Assembly (NCBI GenBank): GCA_039589315.1
Contig: JBDHHQ010000128.1
Location: 1-12,476 of the forward strand
Direction of reading: 5' to 3'
DNA length: 12,476 nucleotides
DNA from: Gemmatimonadota bacterium
Lineage (GTDB): Bacteria; Gemmatimonadota; Gemmatimonadetes; Longimicrobiales; Gaopeijiaceae
The position numbers and the translations under genes are program-made. Shown here in pieces: positions 8,219-12,476 of the stretch; position 1 is the first letter of the stretch, and every line of letters starts with the position of its first letter. The notes under the pieces were generated by a model. The model saw only the letters and a list, made by a program, of their open reading frames with translations. It did no database searches and was not told the DNA's origin.

Positions 8219-10843
8219 TCACTCGGCTCGCAGCGCAACCGCCGGATCGGTACGGCTGGCCCGCACGGCTGGCACCAACGCCGCGATCACTCCGGCGCCC
8301 AACAGGATGCCCGCCGCCACCGTGAAGGACACGGGATCCGTCGGTGGAACCTCGAAGAGGAAGGCGGCCAGGAGGCGGGCAACGCCGAGCGACACGCCCA
8401 GGCCGGCCAGTGTCCCCGCGACGACGGGGATCATCCCCACTCGCACCACGTCGGCCAGAAGGCGTCGTGGCCGGGCGCCCAGCGCCATGCGAATGCCGAA
8501 CTCCGCCCGTCGTCGGTCCACTGCGTAGGACACCACGCCGTAGACACCGACGGAGCCCAGCACCAATCCCAACGCCGAGAAGAGCATCAGGAAGAATCGG
8601 AGCCGCAGGTTCTCTGACATGCCGGCGTCCACTACCTGCTCCATGGTCTGCACGGTTCCCACCACCCCTCTGGAATCCGTGTCGGACACGATCCGGCGAA
8701 CCGCGGACGCCAGCGAAGTCGGATCCGTCCGTGTCTCCAGCACGAGCACACCGTGGTCGGCGCCCGGCAGCACCTGGTGCCAGGCATAATACGCGGCCAT
8801 CGGAGCCTCGCTCACCAGGTCGTGCACGGCGACGTTCCGGATCACGCCCACGATCTCGAACATCCCCCCCGCCACGGTGGCGCCGATGCGGCGTCCTATT
8901 GCGCTCTCCCCCGGCCACATGGTCCGGGCGAACGTCTCGTTGACCACGGCCACGGGAACCGAGCCCTCTTGGTCACCGGGTTCCAATCCGCGTCCTTCGA
9001 TCAGCTCGACGTCCAAGGCGGCGAAGGTGCCGGGGGTGATCACACGGTACGCCGAGTTCGGTCGAGACGGGCCCGCCAGATCCGGCCGATCCTCGATGTC
9101 GATGGTTCCCTGGTACCCTCCGTCTCGAATCGGAAGACGGTTTACCAGGCCCGCTCCCTCCACGCCGGGCAACGCCTCCGCCCGCTCCACTACCTGCCTG
9201 AAGAACGCCACCCGCTCCTCCGTCGAGCTCTCCTGGGCGCCGATGTACAGATCCACGGCCAGCACCCCCTCGGGATCCAGGCCGGAGTCCAGCGAGCGGA
9301 GCTGTTCCACGGATCGCACCAGCAACGCCGCTCCGGTCACCAGGACGACCGCGAGCAGCACCTCCGCCATCACCAGGAGACCCTGGGTATGGGCCGCCGC
9401 CGCGCCTGTGCCGGACTGACGCCGCTCGCCCAGGCCAACCGCGGTGGCCTGGCCCAGCAGCACGCTCCGGATGGGCGCCACGGAGATGACCGCCCCTGTC
9501 GCCACCGAAAGGACGAGCGCACTCGCTAACGTGATCCAGTCCAACGAGAGGGTCTCGGCGAATCCCTCTCCGAGCGGGAGGCTCGTCACCAGTAGGTCGA
9601 AGAGTGCCACAGCCAGGGCCAAGCCCAGGGTTCCGCCCACCAAGCCCAGGACCACGGACTCGGTCAGGACCTGTCGCGCGAGCCGCGCCCGCCCTGCGCC
9701 CAGAGCCACCCGAACCGACATCTCGCCGGTCCGGTCGCTGGCCCGGCTCAGGAGCAGCGCGGCCACGTTGGCGCACGCCATGAGGAGAAGAACGCCCACC
9801 GAGCCAAGCAGAAGCAGAACCGCCGGCCGGACATCCCCGAGCAGGTATTCCCTCAGGGGGGTCACGAACGGGTTCCGGGTCTTGTCCCAGGCCTCCGGGT
9901 AGGTGAATCGCTCGCCCAGCTGCGCAGCCAGCGACGCCAGGTCGTCCTGTAGCTGGCTCTCGGAGACGCCCGGCGCCAGCCGACCCGTGAGCACCAGCCA
10001 CCCGTTCCCCTGGTAGCCCCGGTCGTCAGGATCCAGGTTCAGCGGCGTCCACGCCCGCATTGCGGGCGCGGGGAAGTAGAATCCGTCGGGCATGACCCCG
10101 ACGACGGTGGTCGGCTCGCCATCCAGGGACACCCGTTGTCCCACGATACCGGGGTCGGCGCCGAACTCCTGCTGCCACAAGCCGTGGCTCAGGACGATTA
10201 CCGGCTCGGCGCCGGGACGGTCATCACCCTCCAGGAACGTACGGCCGAGCAAGGGGCGGACTCCCAGCACGTCGAAGAGCTCCGCCGAGGCGACAGTGGC
10301 ACTGATCCACGACGAGCCATCGGCGGTGCGCAAGGTGTACGATTGGTTGGACCAGGCGGCCAGGCCCTGGTACGCCTGGGCACGCTCCCGCACGTAGTCG
10401 AACTCCACCCCGCGCCAGTTGTAATCGGACCAGAACGTGACCAACCGGTCCTCGTCGTGCACCGGAAGCGGACGAATCAGGAGCCCGTGAGCCACGGAGC
10501 CGAGGGCTACGGTACCCCCGATTCCCAGGGCCAGGGTCAGCGCAGCCAAGGCCGCGAACGCCGGGTTCTTGAGCATTTGGCGGTTGGCGTAGCGGAAGTC
10601 TCCACCCAGGTCCCGGAGGACGCTCACGCCCCACGACTCCCGAGCGTGCTCCTTCTGCCGCTCCACGCCTCCGAACTTCACCCGGGCCAGGCGGGCCGCC
10701 TCGGCGCGCGTCATGCCCTGAGCCTGGTACTTCCGGGCCTCCATCTCCAGATGGAAGGCGAACTCCTCGTCCAGGTCCCGCTCCATCTGTCCACGGCCCA
10801 GCAGAGCCCGGATGCGGAACCACACGTCGCTCAGCCAGCGCAT
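8219..10843 (-). CDS. ADOP-type duplicated ABC permease (MacB/FtsX-like, 874 aa) with DLDEEFAFHLEME...FGG N-terminal prefix
   Basis: ATG is preceded by a GGGAGG SD. Motifs: LTLALGIGG, TVVGVMP, LMACANVAALLL...EMSVRVALGAGR, GVYGVVSYAV...EFGIRMALGA, PAVRASRTDPAVALRAE. No ATPase domain. Confidence 0.95.
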   Translation of the reverse strand: MRWLSDVWFRIRALLGRGQMERDLDEEFAFHLEMEARKYQAQGMTRAEAARLARVKFGGVERQKEHARESWGVSVLRDLGGDFRYANRQMLKNPAFAALAALTLALGIGGTVALGSVAHGLLIRPLPVHDEDRLVTFWSDYNWRGVEFDYVRERAQAYQGLAAWSNQSYTLRTADGSSWISATVASAELFDVLGVRPLLGRTFLEGDDRPGAEPVIVLSHGLWQQEFGADPGIVGQRVSLDGEPTTVVGVMPDGFYFPAPAMRAWTPLNLDPDDRGYQGNGWLVLTGRLAPGVSESQLQDDLASLAAQLGERFTYPEAWDKTRNPFVTPLREYLLGDVRPAVLLLLGSVGVLLLMACANVAALLLSRASDRTGEMSVRVALGAGRARLARQVLTESVVLGLVGGTLGLALAVALFDLLVTSLPLGEGFAETLSLDWITLASALVLSVATGAVISVAPIRSVLLGQATAVGLGERRQSGTGAAAAHTQGLLVMAEVLLAVVLVTGAALLVRSVEQLRSLDSGLDPEGVLAVDLYIGAQESSTEERVAFFRQVVERAEALPGVEGAGLVNRLPIRDGGYQGTIDIEDRPDLAGPSRPNSAYRVITPGTFAALDVELIEGRGLEPGDQEGSVPVAVVNETFARTMWPGESAIGRRIGATVAGGMFEIVGVIRNVAVHDLVSEAPMAAYYAWHQVLPGADHGVLVLETRTDPTSLASAVRRIVSDTDSRGVVGTVQTMEQVVDAGMSENLRLRFFLMLFSALGLVLGSVGVYGVVSYAVDRRRAEFGIRMALGARPRRLLADVVRVGMIPVVAGTLAGLGVSLGVARLLAAFLFEVPPTDPVSFTVAAGILLGAGVIAALVPAVRASRTDPAVALRAE

Positions 10844-10859
10844 GTTCGTCCTCCCGTCC

Positions 10860-11192
10860 TCACGTCAGTCCCATGATGCGGTCCACCGCGCCCGAAAGGC
10901 GGGCCCAGTGCAGATGCTCCACGCCGAGCTGTTTCTCCCCCGCCCGGGTCAGGATGTAGTACCGGGCTCGCCGGTTGTTCTGGGTCCGACGCCATTCCGA
11001 GCGGATCCATCCCTGACGCGTGAGACGGTGCAGGGATGCGTACAACGACCCCTGGTTCACCTGGAGGGCCTCTTCGGAAAGCTGCTGGATCCGCTCGCTG
11101 ATTCCCCAGCCGTGCATGGCCTCGAGCGAGACCACCTTGAGGATCAGCATGTCCAGGGTTCCCCGGATCATGTCGTTGTCGGGCTTCGGCAT
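10860..11192 (-). CDS. PadR-family transcriptional regulator, acidobacterial ADOP-associated subtype (110 aa)
   Basis: ATG 11192 follows purine-rich AAGGGGAAGGA and is preferred over TTG 11231. Sequence GTLDMLILK...MHGWGISERIQQLS...VNQGSLYASLHRL...NNRRARYYILT. It ends 16 bp upstream of the permease start. Confidence 0.95.
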   Translation of the reverse strand: MPKPDNDMIRGTLDMLILKVVSLEAMHGWGISERIQQLSEEALQVNQGSLYASLHRLTRQGWIRSEWRRTQNNRRARYYILTRAGEKQLGVEHLHWARLSGAVDRIMGLT

Positions 11193-11204
11193 TCTGTCCT
11201 TCCC

Positions 11205-11232
11205 CTTGGTTACCGACCTGTCGGTTATCAAG
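11205..11232 (-). promoter_or_regulatory. Putative PadR autoregulatory operator (28-bp inverted repeat)
   Basis: CTTGGTTACCGAC-CT-GTCGGTTATCAAG, with arms matching at 11 of 13 positions. It abuts the SD, 12 bp from the PadR start codon. Confidence 0.65.
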
Positions 11233-11375
11233 AGTTAAGACGACTGGAGGCCCGGGAGGGTTGGAAACGGCTTGTCACCGCTGTGGCCGTTGCCTGGCAC
11301 AGTGACGGCAAGACGTACGCGGGCGAGGCCGGCTCATTGGGGAAGAGCACGCACGTCAAGATCTTTGCCCCGCTC

Positions 11376-11424
11376 CCGCAGGCCGTAATGCAGCACTGAC
11401 TGCGTGCCACTGTCGGGCCTGCGG
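11376..11424. repeat. Inverted repeat / long hairpin in the divergent intergenic region
   Basis: CCGCAGGCC (11376-11384) and GGCCTGCGG (11416-11424) are perfect 9-bp arms, enclosing an inner ATGCAG/CTGCGT stem. Confidence 0.45.
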
Positions 11425-11589
11425 CGTTCGAAAAAAAGGCTTTGCGTCGCGCGCCCACCCTGGACAGTTTGTACCATCGCCCACGTGGCGTACCGCAGGG
11501 AGACGACCCACCCCGACGTGGCCTGGAGAGCGTACGGGATCCGCAGGGCAGGATCGACTCCTATCCCGCTGAACATCGAGACGCTCGCC

Positions 11590-12476
11590 GTGACCCTCCC
11601 GATCCTGGCTGCCCTCACCCTGTCGCTCGGCCTCGCGAGCGTCCAGTCGCCCGAGGCGCGCCTGCCCACATCCGCAGCTCCGCCGGCTGATGACACGCTG
11701 ACGGATCCACCCGTCCTCGCCAACGCGTCCGGTGAGCACCGAACGGTCGAAGTGACGCTCACGGCGACACCGACGAAGCTCACGTTGGTGCCGGGCGTGG
11801 AGACGGACGGGTTCTCGTACAATGGACACGTGCCCGGGCCCACCCTCGAGGTTTGGGAGGGGGACCGACTCATTATCCATCTCCGGAACGAGACCACCCC
11901 ATCGCTCCGGGCGAGCAGGCCGACTTCGACTTCGTCATTCCGCCCGGCACCGCGGGGACGTACTGGTATCATCCGCACCCGCACCACCGGACCGCCTACC
12001 AGGTGGCCAAGGGCCTCTATGGCGCGATCATCGTGCGGGACCGGAACGATCCCCTCCCTGAGATGACCGAGAAGCTATTGGTCCTCTGGGATAACCGATT
12101 TGTCGAAGACGGCTCGGTCGATCTGCCCGAGCGCCAGACGCTGGAAGGGATCGTCGACTTCGAGAACGGTCGCGAGGGAGACGTACTGTTCGTGAACGGG
12201 CAGGTCATGCCGACCATCCCCATACGCGCGGGCGAGGTGCAGCGCTGGCGTGTGGTCAATGCCTCGGCCGCGCGGGTCTACCGACTGGCAATTCCGGGGC
12301 ACGAGCTCCTTCACGTGGGGAACGACGGCGGGTTGTTCGAGAAGCCGGTGCCCACGGACGAGATCCTGATCTCCAACTCGGAACGGGTGGAGCTGCTCGT
12401 GCGGGGCACCGGAGCGCCGGGCAGCACAGCGACGCTCCAGGACCTGCCGTACGATCGCTACATCCCTCAGACCCGG
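11590..12476 (+). pseudogene. Multicopper oxidase (CueO/laccase-like), frameshifted with an internal deletion near 11893-11897; 3' partial
   Basis: Frame 1 from GTG 11590 gives a signal peptide MTLPILAALTLSLGLASVQ, then ...YNGHVPGPTLEVWEGDRLIIHLRNETT. Frame 3 from ~11895 gives HPIAPGEQADFDFVIPPGTAGTYWYHPHPHHRTAYQVAKGLYGAIIV...LFVNGQ...QRWRVVNASAARVYRL...HVGNDGG and stays open to the window end. The HWHG motif is absent. Could be a true pseudogene or an assembly error. Confidence 0.85.

Noticed and set aside
11893..12066. C-terminal part of the 220-aa ORF 11404..12066 as a real protein
   Set aside because: It is out-of-frame read-through after the junction. MCO homology continues in frame 3.
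1..12476. CRISPR array, IS/transposase, integrase, tRNA/rRNA or defence genes
   Set aside because: No regularly spaced repeats, terminal inverted repeats or relevant protein motifs were seen. The remaining short ORFs are alternative-frame shadows of the called genes.

Overview
GC-rich bacterial DNA whose gene content resembles Gemmatimonadota or Acidobacteriota (inferred from the gene families, not from a marker gene). From left to right it contains: (1) a 5'-truncated membrane Ser/Thr kinase with a C-terminal TolB-like beta-propeller; (2) a secreted multicopper oxidase (MCO) with an apparent four-cupredoxin-domain layout and reversed copper-motif order; (3) a probable minus-strand gene remnant; (4) two convergent PadR + ADOP (duplicated MacB/FtsX-like orphan permease) operons, each with a different PadR subtype, permease N-terminal prefix and upstream palindrome; (5) a second, 3'-truncated MCO that lacks its HWHG copper motif at a frameshifting junction. 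I found no rRNA, tRNA, CRISPR array or mobile element. The most notable observations are the permuted MCO, the two apparently orthogonal PadR-prefix-permease modules with a possible prefix-less isoform, and a motif with identical spacing upstream of both MCO genes.
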